Origin: an uncultured Chloroflexia bacterium
GTDB taxonomy: Bacteria > Chloroflexota > Limnocylindria > Limnocylindrales > CSP1-4
Length of the DNA stretch: 64,000 nt
Direction: 5' to 3'
Assembly: GCA_963778955.1 (NCBI GenBank)
Contig: CAVZWI010000001.1
Span: forward strand, 1,074,383 to 1,138,382
A program made the translations under genes and the position numbers. A model generated the notes under the pieces. It did not search any database, was not told the DNA's origin, and saw only the letters and a program-made list of their open reading frames with translations. Below are positions 37,052 to 49,383 of this stretch, in pieces. The first letter of the stretch is position 1. Each line of letters opens with the position of its first letter.

Positions 37052-40000
37052 CGATTGGCCAGGGCCCAGGCTTCGCGTCCGCAGGCGGCGCCCATGACGC
37101 GGCCGTTGAGGTCATCGGCCCTGATGTGGATACCCCCCCACAGCCGGCTGATGCCGGCCTGGTCCGAGGCGTCGAAGTAGGTCGCCCACTGCAGCACGAT
37201 GTCCTGTTCCGGACCGCGCTCGAACTTGAGCGAGCCGGCCGGGATGGTCCACGTGCCAATCCCGCCGGGGAAGTACGCGCTCCCGGTCATCGCCGCGAGC
37301 ACCTCGGCCGCGGCGCGGCTGAACGACGAGTGCCCGCTGACATAGCCGGCGAAGGCCGGCGTCACGAAGGTCGCCTTCTGGTAGGGCACCCACTCGACCG
37401 CGCGGATCCACTCCACCCCACCGAGGTCATTGACGGGGTCGTCGGGGCCACCGCTCCAGGCGTAGATGGCGACCTCGCCGATGTGGTCGGCCAGGTGCGC
37501 ATGGCGCTCACCGGGGGCTGCCGACTCGGGGGTGATGAGCTCGACCTCGCCGGGGATGAGCGGCAGTCCCTCGGGGTCGTACGAAGGCAGGTCCGGGTCG
37601 CTCGACTGGCCCAGGCCGCCCATGTAGCGGATCATGGCGATGGGCCTCGTGAAGTCGTGATAGCCCTTCGCGCCCCAGGCGGCGACCGCGGCATCGTGCA
37701 CCGCGCCGTTGAGCGCGAGGTACATCTTCACGTCCCACTCGAGGGGGTCCAGTTCCTCGCCGCTGCCGCCGATGCGACGCTCGAAGCCGGCCGAGTCGGT
37801 CACGGCGTTGGCGAGCGTGTTCCAATGGCCGGGCGGTGTCTCGGAGCTGGGTCCGTCGGCCCAGAACTCGGCCACCGCGCGGCCGAAGTCGGCCTGGAGC
37901 ACCGGCTCGGGCGTGTAGGGCTCGCCGGTGACCGGGTTCTGCGCGTACCCGGTGCCATCGTTGGTGCCCAGCGGATTGCCGCCCTGGGTCGCGGGCGAGA
38001 TGTCGATGACGATGCCGTCGCGCGGATCGAGCTGACCGCTCAAGGCGACGACCTCCTCGGCCATGGCCTTGAACTCGGCGTCGCTGGCCGGGTCGCCGAG
38101 GTAGGGCGGTGGCCCCGGGTCAACGGGCACGCCGGTGTCGGACGGCGGTAGGGCGAACGAGGTGACGTGGCCCCAGTGCTGGCCCACGAAGTGCTGCGGT
38201 CCGAAGGGCAGGAGCTGGCCGTTCTGGGCGATGGCCGTCGCGAGCGCCAGCGGCTGCCAGTGGTTGGGGTCCTTCATGACCGTCCCCGGATTCCGCCACG
38301 ACCATGGGCTCGTTGACCGGCTGGTAGCCCTGCTTGGGGTAGGCGTAGCCGTGCTGCTCGCGTGAACCGTCCTTGAGGCCGGCCTCGATGATGGTGGCGG
38401 CGATGCGGTTGCCCAGGGCGGCCGCCGAGTCGCCACGCGTGCCGGTGCGATCGGTGGGGTAGCAGAGGGCGGCCATCAGCTCGTCGAACTCATGCAGGCT
38501 GACCTCGCCGCCGACGGCCTCCCGGTAGCGGTGCGACAGCACCCGATAGGCGGCATAGCTGACGGCCTTGTCGCGGGCCGCGGCGGGGTCGCGCGCCGTG
38601 GCCTTCTCGGTGACGAAGACGCCGTCCGCGACCGGATCATAGGCCGCCCAGGCATCCCACATGGCGGCGGACGCGTGATAGAGGTTGCGTGCGTGCACCG
38701 TAGGGGCCGGGAAATCACGGCGGATGGCATCGAGCAGCGCCTCGTCCCAGAGCCGCGCCACCGACTTGCCCGGATCGGCGCTGCGCACGCAGGTGGCGGG
38801 GTCGATCGGTTCGAGAGGCTCGACCGCGGGCGAGATCGGTGTCTCGGGTTCGTCGGCGGTGTCGACAGCGTCGACGGCGTTAGCCGTGGACGGAGTGCCA
38901 CTCAGGACTGCGGCGGGGTCGAGCACCAGCGGCTGAGCGTCACGTCGGATGAGTACCTGCGCATCTGCAGAGACCAGCTGCCACGGGCCCCGCTCGCCGT
39001 CCGGCCACTGCACCCGTACCTGCACCTTCTTCGCCTGGCCCAGGCCGAAGTGGTGCGGCCCAAGCTGGCCACTGCCATGCCCGCCCCCGATGGTCACCTC
39101 CAGCCGCTGGGTGCGGCCCTTGCTCTTGACCTCGATCCAGGCGCCGACGGCGTCGCGATTGTCGCCCTCCTGCTCGAGACCGACAGCCAGCCAGTGACCC
39201 ATCGGTCGAGGTTCCTGGACCGTCCCGGAGCCGACGTTGCGCCACACCTCGGCCGGCTCGCCGAGCTTGACCTCGACGATATCGAGCAGGCCGTCGAGGT
39301 TGAGATCGACCACCGCCGCTCCACGTCCGCGTGCGTAGTCGACGAGGCCTGCCTGCTTGGTCCGTTCGACGAACCGGCCGTCCGGGGTGCCCAGCATCAG
39401 GCTGCTGGGATTCGACGTGGCGCGATCGGGCATGGCATCGACGTTGCCCTTCGAGACGAACAGGTCGACGCGGCCGTCGTTGTTGACGTCCTTGAACTCG
39501 GGATGCCATGAGGTCGACGGCCGCTCATCATCTCCGGCGACCGGGCGGCCCAAATCCACGCCGCGTTCCCTGGCGATGTTCTCGAAGCTGGGTTGCGCCG
39601 GACCATCGGCCAGGGTCTCGAGGCGGTTGCCGAACATGCTGGTGAGATAGGTCTCCGGGTAGCCGTCGTCGCCGAAGATCCTGGCTGGCGATGCCCATGC
39701 CCCAGATGTTGACCCGCTGCCAGCCATCCTCCTCGGAATACAGCGTTGGTTGCTCGCCGTCGCCCATGCGCCAGAGTTGCTCCTGGCCATCCTGCACGTA
39801 GAACTCGCGATCGTTGCTGATGCGCAGGTCGCGTCGGCCGGAGCGGTCCCAGTCGCTGAACAGCATCGAGAGGGCACACCAGCCTGGCGAGAGCGTGAGC
39901 GCGGGCCCATATGTGGTGGCGTCCGGTATGAGGTCGGAAGAGCCGGTGGTCCGAGCAGCCCGCGGCGAGCGCCCGGATTCCGTCCACCGCCTGGTAGTTG

Positions 40001-40568
40001 CCGAAGGCGAGCGTCGGTAACGCGGCGCCGTCGTCCCAGGTGGCACTGAAGGCCGTGGTCCAGTCGTTGCCGGGTCCAGGCCCATAGTTTCGTTGGCCCG
40101 CTCGAAGCGGCAGTCGCCCAGCCCCCGGAGCAGGACGTTCTCGCCGCGGCGCAGCACGATGAGGTCCGCACGGCCATCGCTGTCGACGTCGATCGGATAC
40201 GCGCCCGAGACCTGTGCCAAGTCCGTCTCGTCGCCGGCCAGGCGTCTGAACTGCAGTGGGCCACCGGGCTCGCTCTCGTTGCGGTACAGCGAGGCCGGGC
40301 CGCTGCCGCCGGCGAAGTACAGATCCGGCCGGCCGTCGTCGTCGCAGTCGAGCACGGACATGCCGCCGCCGACCACGAATTCGAAGCCGCCATCCGGCAC
40401 CTCCGGCGTGGGCTGATACTGGTAGACGTGTCGCAGCCCGGACGAGGCTGTCTCATCGATAAATCGTGGCGTCTGGACATCGGCGGCCGCCACGACCGCC
40501 GACGGCAGCGTCGCCGCCGCCATGGCGGTCGCGAGGGCCGCGGTCAGTCCTTTGAGCCAGATGCTCAT
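37024..40568 (-). pseudogene. Secreted CRTAC1-family (FG-GAP/VCBS repeats + ASPIC/UnbV) protein fused to a C-terminal vanadium-haloperoxidase/PAP2-like domain; at least 5 frameshifts
   Basis: Signal MSIWLKGLTAALATAMAAATLPSAVVAAA. DCDDDGRPDLYFAGG, DVDSDGRADL, DVNNDGRVDLFV, DLNLDGLLDIV, GAWIEVKSKGRTQRLEV. Then ARLWDEALLDAIRRDFPAPTVHARNLYH and the PAP2/VHPO motifs KGYHDFTRP, YVSGHSS, SRLWGGIHIRADD. Confidence 0.8.
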
Positions 40569-41807
40569 GACTGGATCACAGTGGTCGCTGCCCTGACGGG
40601 GAGGCCTCGGACACAGCGGAAGAGCGCCTTCTCGTCCTGCCACTCCACTCGCTCGTCGGCCAGCTCGATCGAGGGCATGCGCTCGAGGATCGTGCGCAGC
40701 GCCGTTCTCGCTTCCAGGCGCGCGAGGGGAGCGCCGATGCAGAAGTGCACGCCACTGCCGAAGGCGATGTGGCGGTTGGGCTTGCGGCTGACATCGAAGC
40801 CGTCCGGCTGGTCGAAGTGGTCAGGATCACGGTTCGCGGCGCCCAGGAGCTGGATGACGATCTGGTCCTCCCGGAGTTCGCGGCCACCCAGCTGCGTCGT
40901 CTCGGTGACCCTGCGGAAGGTGCGCTGGATGGGGCTGTCGAAACGCAGGGTTTCCTCGATCGCACCGGTCAGCCCGCCGCTCATCCGTGCGCGCTCGAGC
41001 TGCTCGGGGTTGGTGAGCAATCGATAGAGAGCGTTGGCGATGAGGCTGGTGGTGGTCTCGTGGCCGCCGATCAGGAAGGTCACACAGGTCGAATGAGTCT
41101 CGTCGATGGTGAGCTGCTCACCCGCCTCTTCGACACTGACCAGCTGGCCGAGCAGGTCATCCCGCTCTTGCTCGCGACGTTCGGTCATCAGCTCGCCGAT
41201 ATAGGCGCGCATCCCGGTCACCGCGGCCGCTGACGTGGGTACCGCCTCGGGGATGGCCCGGCCCTGACCCTGGAAGGCGACGATGCCGTCGGACCAGCCT
41301 TTGAAGCGATTGGAATGCTCGGGCCGCGCCCCGAGCAGCTCGGCGATCACGATGGCGGGGAGGGGATAGGCCAGGTCGGCCACCACGTCGAAGCTCGAAC
41401 CGGGGTCGACCTCGTCGAGCAGTCGGTCGACGATGCTCTGGATGCGTGGCTCCATGGCCGCGATGACGCGCGGTGAGAAGGCCTTCTTGATGAGCCCACG
41501 CATGCGCGTGTGGTCAGGCGGGTCGGTGTGGATGAGGCCCGACGTTGAGAAGTGCTCTCGCAACGGTCCCGCCTCGGCGAGGGCATCCTCAGGCAATGCG
41601 TGGATGAGCTCGAGGAGCCGGCCCTTGCTGGAGAAGCGTTCGTGGTCTCGCAAGGTCTCCACCACGTCGTCGTACCGGGTCACGTGATGCGCCCCAGGCA
41701 TCGCTCCAGTACACCGGCTCCTGCTCGGACAGCGCCCGATAGGCCGGGTACGGATCCTGCGCGAAGCCGGGGTCGGTCAGGAGCGCGTCAAGGGTGGCTC
41801 GAGTCAT
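40565..41807 (-). pseudogene. Cytochrome P450; one frameshift near the N-terminus
   Basis: GGHETT, EETLRF, heme loop FGSGVHFCIGAPLA. The N-terminus MTRATLDALLTDPGFAQDPYPAYRALSEQEPVYWSDAWG is in another frame (break about 41700). The stop overlaps the CRTAC1-fusion start (ATGA, 40565-40568). Confidence 0.85.
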
Positions 41808-41916
41808 CGATCATCGCCTCGGGTGGTGGCGCGTACCTCGCTCGTGCGTCGAACACTAGCTGTGTGAATGCCAATATACAGGCTGTCCCGGCCCGCTGAC
41901 ACCGGCGTGGCCGCGG

Positions 41917-43160
41917 TCACGCGGGTACGCAGCTTGGCATGGAAGACGGCAGCTGGCGCGTGAGGACGATTGCCGAGGCTACGACCTTGGCAGAGCCCAC
42001 GGCGCCGATCACATCCAGCCGATGGGTACGAACCATCTCCAGGGCGGCCTCGAACATGGCTACTACGTTCTCCGGTGGGACCTCTGACTGGATGTTGTGG
42101 CCGGGGGCGAGGACGTAGCCGCCGCCGGGCCGAAGGTCTCGATGCGCCGCTTGACCTCGTCCTTCACCTCCTGCGGTGTGCCAAAGGGCAGGACTCGCTG
42201 GGTGTCGATGGCGCCCCAGAAGACGAGGTCGTCGCCGAACTCGGCCTTGAGAGGGCCGTATCGCCCATGCCGTCCGCCGAGACCTGGACCGGGTTGAGCG
42301 CCTACACGCCGATGTCGATGTAGTCGCCGAGCATCTCGTGGATGGCGCCGTCGTTGTGCATCATGATCACGCATCGGTCTTGGCGCGGACCCGCTCCAGG
42401 AAACGGGCGTGGTAGGGCTTGACCAGTTCTGGATACATCTCCGGCTTCATGTAAGGCCGGTCCTGGAAGCCCATGTCGTCGGCGAACCAGAACACGTCGA
42501 TCTCGTCGCCCACCTGGTCGAGCGCGAGCTCGGCGATGGCGGAGATGGTGTCCACGACCTTGATCATGATGGCTTCGGCCCGCTCGGGGTCCGCGATGAG
42601 GTCCATCAGCCAGGGAGCGAACCCGCGCAGGCGTTGGCACTCGCGGACGACTCCGTAGTGGAAATCGAAGACGATGGCGTGTCCGTATCGGCCCGGACTG
42701 GCTACTCGTTCGACCATGCCTGGGTAGCGGCGCGGGTCGTCAGCCACCGGGTAGCCGTCCCAGTCGAGTATCTCCTTCGCGGTGATGTCATCGCGCTCGA
42801 GCGGCCCGGCCAGCGCCGCCGGCTCGCCGTCACCCGAGCGCATCCAGGTTACGCCCCATTCGTCGAGGAATGAGCCATCATCCAGCCGCTCCCAGGCCTC
42901 CAGCGACACCAGGCCGATGTGCGCGACGAAGTCGGCTCCGAGGCGCGCTGGCGAGACGCTCGCCGGGAACGACGAGCCCGGAGGCGGTGAAGGTACCGGC
43001 GTCGTCCTCTTCGGGCAGGCCCAGAGTGCGCGGGCGCCGTCGTAGGGCTCGTGGCGGATGAGGCTCACACATGTGGAGTACCCAGGTGGATGGGGACGCG
43101 ATCTGGTTCCCGGTGTGTCAATGCCGCCAGCGCTCGCTCTCGTGAGGTCATTGCCGCCAT
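41917..43160 (-). pseudogene. Uroporphyrinogen decarboxylase (URO-D) family protein, copy 1; several frameshifts and an in-frame TAG
   Basis: AGGAGG-N9-ATG, MAAMTSRERALAALTHREPDRVP, …VFWFADDMGFQDRPYM, VIMMHNDGAIHEMLGDYIDIGV-TAG-ALNPVQVSADG, DLVFWGAIDTQRVLPFGTPQEV, GGGYVLAPGHNIQSEVPPENVVAM. Confidence 0.75.
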
Positions 43161-43369
43161 CGATTGATCCCTCCTAGTGAGGCGTGTCCGCCCGAGTCGC
43201 GGAGCTGGACTGATCCGACATGGTCATCGCCGCTGAGTTGCCGCGCCCTCGCCGCCCCATGTATTGTACTCATGATGCCCGCATACACACCATGCTTCGA
43301 CAGCAGCATCGCGACGCTGTCGCGGGATTTGGCACGAGTTTGAACGTCGAGCACCTTGACCACGCATCC

Positions 43370-44067
43370 GTGTCGTCAGCCCACTCCCTCCGGGTCTGCG
43401 TGGTCGGCGACTCGATCGCCACCGGGACAGGTGACCGTCGCGCCCTCAGCTGGCATCGCCACCTCGCAACCGGCGCCCTCTCCGCTGGTGCTGACCTGAC
43501 CCATGTACGAATTACTATTGGGGTGCGCGAGTGGTTGCAGCGACCGGCTCCGAGGTGGCCGACCGGTGGCGCAGCGAAACGTCAGCGCGCCTGCCTGAGC
43601 TATCAGGCAGCGGTCTGGTCTTCCACTTTGGGCTCAACGATTGCACCATCCGAACCTGGCCCGATGGCCGCTCCGAGCGCCGCGTCCCGGTGGAGACGTC
43701 CGTGGACATCACCAGCCGTCTGCTCTCGGAGGCATAGGGGCCGGAGCACGTACCGCACGCTGATCCATGGACCGGCACCCATGGATCATTCACAAGCCGC
43801 GGACCGCGGCTTCATCCCCCAGCAGGTGCGCAGGCCACCGCCAACGAGGACATCCGCGCGCTCGACCGGAGCCTCGAGGCTGTGGCAGCCGGGGTGGGTG
43901 TGCCGTACTTCGCCACCTTTCCGATGTCCTCGGCAACGATGAACGGTGGTCGGCTGCAGACGCGAGCCGGAGACGGCATCCACCCGACCGACATGGGCTA
44001 TGAGGCCCTCGCCGAGCTGGTCGCCCGATGGCCGGCGTGGCAGGCCTTGAGCCGGAGTTTGACCTGA
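43370..44067 (+). pseudogene. SGNH/GDSL hydrolase family protein; several frameshifts
   Basis: Block I VCVVGDSIATGTGD, block III LVFHFGLNDC, block V GDGIHPTDMGYEALA, each in a different frame. Confidence 0.65.
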
Positions 44068-44115
44068 GAGACGCCCGGCGGCCAGCCGCATCCTCGCACT
44101 GACAGGGAGGACCCC

Positions 44116-45236
44116 GTGACCATGCGACGTCTCCGCCGCAGTGCTCAGACGGGTGAACGATCCGCTCCCGCGTCGAGCGTCTCGAGCTAGCCGAGCCCGG
44201 GCCGCGCGATGTGCTCGTGCGCATGGGTGCCGCCGGGCTCTGCCACACCGACCTGGAGGTGATGCGCGGCGCCATCTCCATGCCCCTGCCCATGGTCCTC
44301 GGGCATGAGGGGGCAGGGGTCGTCGTCGCGGTCGGCGCGGCCCGTCCACAGCGTCGCTCCCGGTGATGATGTCATCTGCTCCGTGGAACCCAGCCTGCGG
44401 GTCCTGTTTCTACTGCAGTCGCCGCCAGCCGCTGCTGTGCGAGACCTGCGCTCGGGCGGCCGGCGCGGGCACGCTGCCCGACGGCCGCTGGCCGGGCCGA
44501 GATGCCGACGGACCGGTCAGGAGACCAGTTCATGTTCGTGGGCTCACACGCCGACCACGCCGTCATCACCGAGGCCGCGGCAGTGAAGGTGCCTGTCGAC
44601 TTGCCTTTCAGGAATAGATTTCGTCATCGGCTACGGTGTTCACCACGGGCCTGGTCCCGGCGCTGCAGTCGCCCGCCGCCTCCGTCCCGGGGTCGCTCAT
44701 CGCGGTCGTGGGCTGTGGCATCGTGGGCCTGTCGGTGATCATCGGCGGTCGCCTTGCCGGTGCCTCGAAGATCGTGGCCATCGAACGTTCGGCAGCACGA
44801 TTCGAGCTGGCCGGGCGCCTCGGCGCGGACGTGGTCGTCGATAGCAGCCGCGAGGATCCGCTGGCGACGATCCGGGGACCTCAGCTCGGGGTCGCTGCGC
44901 CGACCATGTCTCGAGGCGGCCGGCAACCCTGCAGCCATGCGCGCGGCCTTCGAGCTGGTGCGGCCCGGGGGCGAGTTCACGATGCTGGGCAAGGTCACGC
45001 TGGATGACGACCTGCCCGTCCGCTTCGGCTCGATGATGGGTAACAAGACCATTCGGCGTCTCGCTTACGGTGGCGCCAGTCCCCAGCGGGACTTCCCGGC
45101 CATCGCGCGCGCCTACCTCGAGGGCCACCTGCCACTGGATGCTCTCGTCGACCGTGCAGTCTCGCTACGGGATATCGACGACACGTTCGCCGCTGTCGCG
45201 CGGGGCGACGTCGTTCGGGCCGCGGTGGAGTTCTAG
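44116..45236 (+). pseudogene. Zinc-dependent alcohol dehydrogenase family protein, copy 1; at least 5 frameshifts
   Basis: [12 protein letters not shown]…[38 protein letters not shown], and the tail …RDIDDTFAAVARGDVVRAAVEF are spread over three frames. Confidence 0.75.
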
Positions 45237-45289
45237 GCGCCGCGTCGCCTCGCCAGGACAGGGCGGGACAGGAGAGGGGGGTCATCGAC

Positions 45290-45591
45290 ATGCGACACGA
45301 AGTGCAGGACGGAAACGTGCCATCGTCGGTGAGCCGTTCGCTGACGATGCCCTTGAAGTGCTCCGACCAGCGCTGGTCGCTTCCAGCGGTTCAGGCGCCC
45401 GTCAGCAGGTCACCGGATGAGGGTCGCATTCGGCGTAGTAGAAGACCCCGAAAGGCCGTCGGAAGCCCGTCGAACTGGTGATGCCGCAGGCGTGCATGGC
45501 CTCCACCATCTCCGGCCAGACCTGCGCGTGCCGACGTCGTCCTCCTGTTCCGTGCCCGGCTCGAGTCGGATCGAGAACAGGGAGTCTGCAT
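45290..45591 (-). pseudogene. L-rhamnose mutarotase-like small protein remnant; frameshifted
   Basis: Reconstructed MQTP(L)FSIRLEPGTEQE…HAQVWPEMVEAMHACGITS…FGVFYYAE needs at least 2 frame corrections. The 3' end is uncertain. Confidence 0.4.
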
Positions 45592-45770
45592 ACTGCCTAC
45601 CTCCACCTTGGCACCGGCGCGGCGGCCGGTGCTCTCGCCTGTCGGGGATGCGCTGGGCCGCACGATCGGCTTGTGCGGGTGGCTCCGGCCGGTATGGTAG
45701 CACGCATGCATACAGGCTCCCCTGAGGAGTCGGCTGCGGCAGCAGCCGGGGATCCTCCGACACCTCTTTG

Positions 45771-47263
45771 ATGGCGCCACCAGTCCTTGAGATGCAGGGC
45801 ATCAGCAAGGGCTTTCCTGGCGTGCAGGCGCTCGACGACGTCAGCCTGACCTGCCTTGCGGGGAGATCCACGCCATCGTCGGTGAGAACGGTGCAGGCAA
45901 GTCGACCCTGATGAAGATCCTCGCCGGCGCGTATCACGCGGATGGCGGCAGCATCCGGATGGACGGGCAGGAGGTCAGGTTCGCGTCTCCGCAGGATTCA
46001 CAGGCCCGCGGCGTCGGCATGGTCTACCAGGAGCTGAACCTCGTGCCGGACCTCTCGGTCGCGGAGAACATCTACTTGGGTCGGCAGCCCGTGGGTCGCC
46101 TCGGCATCGTCGATCGTCGCAAGCTGCGCAGTCAGGCCACCGACCTGCTTGAGGCGCTAGGGACCAAGATCGACACTCGATTGCTCATCCGCGACCTGTC
46201 GGTGGGCCAGCAGCAGATGGTCGAGATCGCCAAGGTGTACAGCCAGAACCCTCGAGTCCTGGTCCTGGACGAGCCGACCTCGGCGCTGACAGAGCACGAG
46301 ACGCATCTGCTCTTCGAGACGCTGGGTCGCTTGCGGGACGAGGGCATCGCCATCATCTTCATCTCCCACCGGCTCAAGGAGGTCATGGATATCGCCGCCC
46401 GGGTAACGGTGCTGCGCGACGGCAAGTACGTTGGCTCCAAGCCCATCGGCGAGCTCACTGCCGGCGAGATCCGTGGTCATGATGGTCGGTCGCGATGTGA
46501 CTGAGCTCTTCCCAAACGAACGGTCGTGGTCGGCGAGGTCGTGCTCAAGATATCGGCTTCGCGCGCTCCGGCGTCTTCCATGATGTCTCGTTCGAGGTCC
46601 GTGAGGGCGAGGTCCTGGGGCTCGCGGGCCTGGTCGGTGCGGGCCGGACGGAGGTGGCGCGCTCCATCTTCGGGCTCGATCCGCACGACGCCGGTGAGGT
46701 CTGGATCGATGGCCGGAAGGTGCACATCCGGAGTCCACGCGATGCCGTCAAGGCGCACATGGCGATGCGCCGGAGATCGCAAGCGCGACGGTCTGGTGCT
46801 GGGCCTGTCGGTACGCAGCAATGCGGTCATGAGCATCCTCTCCGAGCTGGCTCGCGTCGGGCTGAATACCAAGCGTATGGAGATGCCTACCGTAACGCTC
46901 TCATCGAGCGCTTCGCCTTGCGCCCGCCAGACCCCGAGCGGACCGTAGCCACCCTGTCAGGCGGCAATCAACAGAAGGTGGTCATCGGCCGCTGGACCGC
47001 GGCCACGCCGCGGGTGCTGTTCCTCGACGAGCCGACCCGTGGGGTGGACGTGGGCGCCAAGGCGGAGAAATCGACGCGCCGACGGGGGAGCTGGCCGCCC
47101 AGGGCGCGGCCATCGTCACGACCCTCTGAGCCGCCCGAAGCACCTCTCGGCCAGCGACCGACCTGGTCATCCACGAGGGACGGATCAGCGCCGAGCTCCC
47201 GCCGACGAGGCCACGGAGGAGCTCACCATGATGGCAGCGACCGGCCAGGAGACGGCGGCCTAG
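45771..47263 (+). pseudogene. Sugar (ribose/galactoside-type) ABC transporter ATP-binding protein with two NBDs; many frameshifts
   Basis: [37 protein letters not shown] (NBD1); GLVGAGRTE, LSGGNQQKVVIGR, LFLDEPTRGVDVGAK (NBD2). The first break is at GGGGAGATCC, about 45861. Confidence 0.8.
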
Positions 47264-47304
47264 CATGGTCCACCTGGCCACGCAGCCCGGCGTCGAAGTC
47301 GACC

Positions 47305-48245
47305 ATGACCGTGCCCTGAAGGGGGCAGGCGCGCGCGCGCGTCTTGGTCCAGAACTACGCGATCTACCTGGTCTTCATCGCGCCGCCCGTGGCGCGGCAC
47401 CTACCTCCGACCGATTTCCTCGAGCGAGAAAATGCCCAACATCGGGCAGTCGCTGCCTTCACCGGTTTGCCGCGCTGGGCATGCTCCGCTTGACCACCAA
47501 CTGCGGCTTCGTCGATCCGTCCATCCTGCCAGCACGGCCGCGTCGGCATCATCGCGCTGGCGTTCATGCCCATCATGGCGTCGCCGGCGGCGTCATCGCC
47601 GGCATCGTGGCCGGCATGATCCTGGGCTCGGTGAACGGCGTCCTCATCGGCATCTTCCGTACGAACCCGGTACTGACCACGCTGGGCACGAATGTCGCGG
47701 CCATCGGACATCCTGATCTTCACCAGGGGGACATCGTCTACAGCGAGAGCGGTACTTCTCGCAGTTCGCCCAGGACCGGACACTGGGCATCCCCGACCCG
47801 CTGTGGGTCCTTGCCGGCGTCGCCGTCGTCGCGCACCTCATCCTTTCGCACACGGTGCTCGGCCGCTGGATCTGATCCCGACGGCGGCAACTATGCAGCT
47901 GCCCGTGCTGCCGTCCCCCGGTCCGCCGCGTGATGGTCTCCGTCTTCGTCGTCTGTTGCCACCTTCGCCGCCATCGGCGGCATCCTGCTGGCCTCGACCA
48001 ACGAGAGCGCCCGTTCCAACGCCGGTATCGGCCAGGAGTTCAATGCCATCTCCGCGGTGGCCATCGGAGGCAACAGCATCTTCGGCGGTGCCGGGACGGT
48101 GCCGCGCACCATCATCGGCGTGCTCATCGTGGGTGTCCTCAACAACCTCATGGTCCTGCTGGGGCTCCCCGCCGAATCCCAGAACATCGTCAAGGGTGCG
48201 CTGATCGTCGGCGCGGTTATGCTCGACCTGAGGTTGCGCCGATGA
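47305..48245 (+). pseudogene. Sugar ABC transporter permease (RbsC/AraH-like), copy 1; many frameshifts
   Basis: Fragments VLVQNYAIYLVFIA…, and an intact C-terminus AIGGNSIFGGAGTVPRTIIGVLIVGVLNNLMVLLGLPAESQNIVKGALIVGAVMLD. Confidence 0.65.
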
Positions 48246-49256
48246 CGTCCATCAGCCCGCGGACCCTGCGCTTCATCGCCGAGAACCGCATCTACATCTT
48301 CCTAGCTGTCGCCTTCGTCATCGCCCTGGTCTTCATCCCCGACATCCGCAGCGTGCCGGCCCTGAAGAACGTGCTGGCTCGCGCGTCGATCGAAGGCATC
48401 ATGGCGGTCGGGGTGACCATCGTCATCCTTTCCGGCCAGCTCGACCTCTCGCTGGGCTCGGTCCTGGCGCTGAGCGGCGTCGTGGCCCTGGGTCTGCAGG
48501 GCGATATGGGGCCGGTGCCGGCCGCCGCCGTCGGCATCCTGGCGGGCGGGCTGGTGGGCATCATCAACGGTGTCTTCGTGGTCCGCTTCGGCATCAACTC
48601 GTTCATCGTCACGCTGGCCGCGATTGACGATCGGGTATGGCCATGACCCTCTCCAATGCCGCGCCCATCCGTGGCGCCGATTCCTCGTTCGGGCCGAGCG
48701 TGGACCGGGCCATCTTCGGGCCGCTGTGGGAGCAGCTGGGCACCTTCCTCACGCCTCGCATCCTCATCTTCCTGGGGCTCCTGTTCATCGCCCACCTGTT
48801 CCTACTGTTCGTTCGCCAGGTCGCAACATCTACGCCGTCGGCGGCGACCCGGAGGCTTCGCGGCTGTCGGGTATCCCGACCTCGACGTATGTCTTTGGGG
48901 CCTTCGTCTCGAGTGGCCTGTGTGGTGGCCTCGCCGGGACGCTCCTGGGCTTGAGCCTGAACACAGGGTCGCCGGTCGTCGGTGCGGACAGCATCCTGCG
49001 CGTCATCGCCGCGGTGGTCATCGGCGGGACGGCGCTCACGGGTGGCTCGGGGTCCATGCTCAAGACGCTCATGGGCGTGCTGCTCTTGGCGCTTGTGAAC
49101 ACGGCCATGAACCAGGCTCGCGTGGAGGTCTACGTCCAGGGCATCGTCCTCGGCGCCATCCTCATCATCGTCGTACTCATCGATTCCCTCTACAGCGCGT
49201 GGCGCACGCGCCTCGTCATCGCCGGTCAGCTCGGATCCACGCGGGCTGCCGATTGA
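48242..49256 (+). pseudogene. Sugar ABC transporter permease, copy 2; about 3 frameshifts
   Basis: MTSISPRTLRFIAENRIYIFLAVAF…ILSGQLDLSLGSVLAL, then RNIYAVGGDPEASRLSGI…IGGTALTGGSGSMLKTLMGVLLLALVNTAMN. ATGA overlap with the preceding permease. Confidence 0.75.
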
Positions 49257-49383
49257 CGGCGAAATCCGGTCGAAGATAGGAGGAGGACACCGCGAGAACA
49301 CCCGTCTTGCCTCGTGAAACGGAGGAGTCACGAGCACCGGTCTCTTTAGGGTTCGCACATGTAACAAGGAGTTTCAGATCAAG

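Noticed and set aside
42302-42304. An in-frame TAG in a methyltransferase-like (URO-D family) gene as possible pyrrolysine.
   Set aside because: The paralog encodes Asp at this position. The URO-D family is not the Pyl-containing MttB/MtbB/MtmB family. No pyl genes are in the window, and the gene is otherwise riddled with frameshifts.
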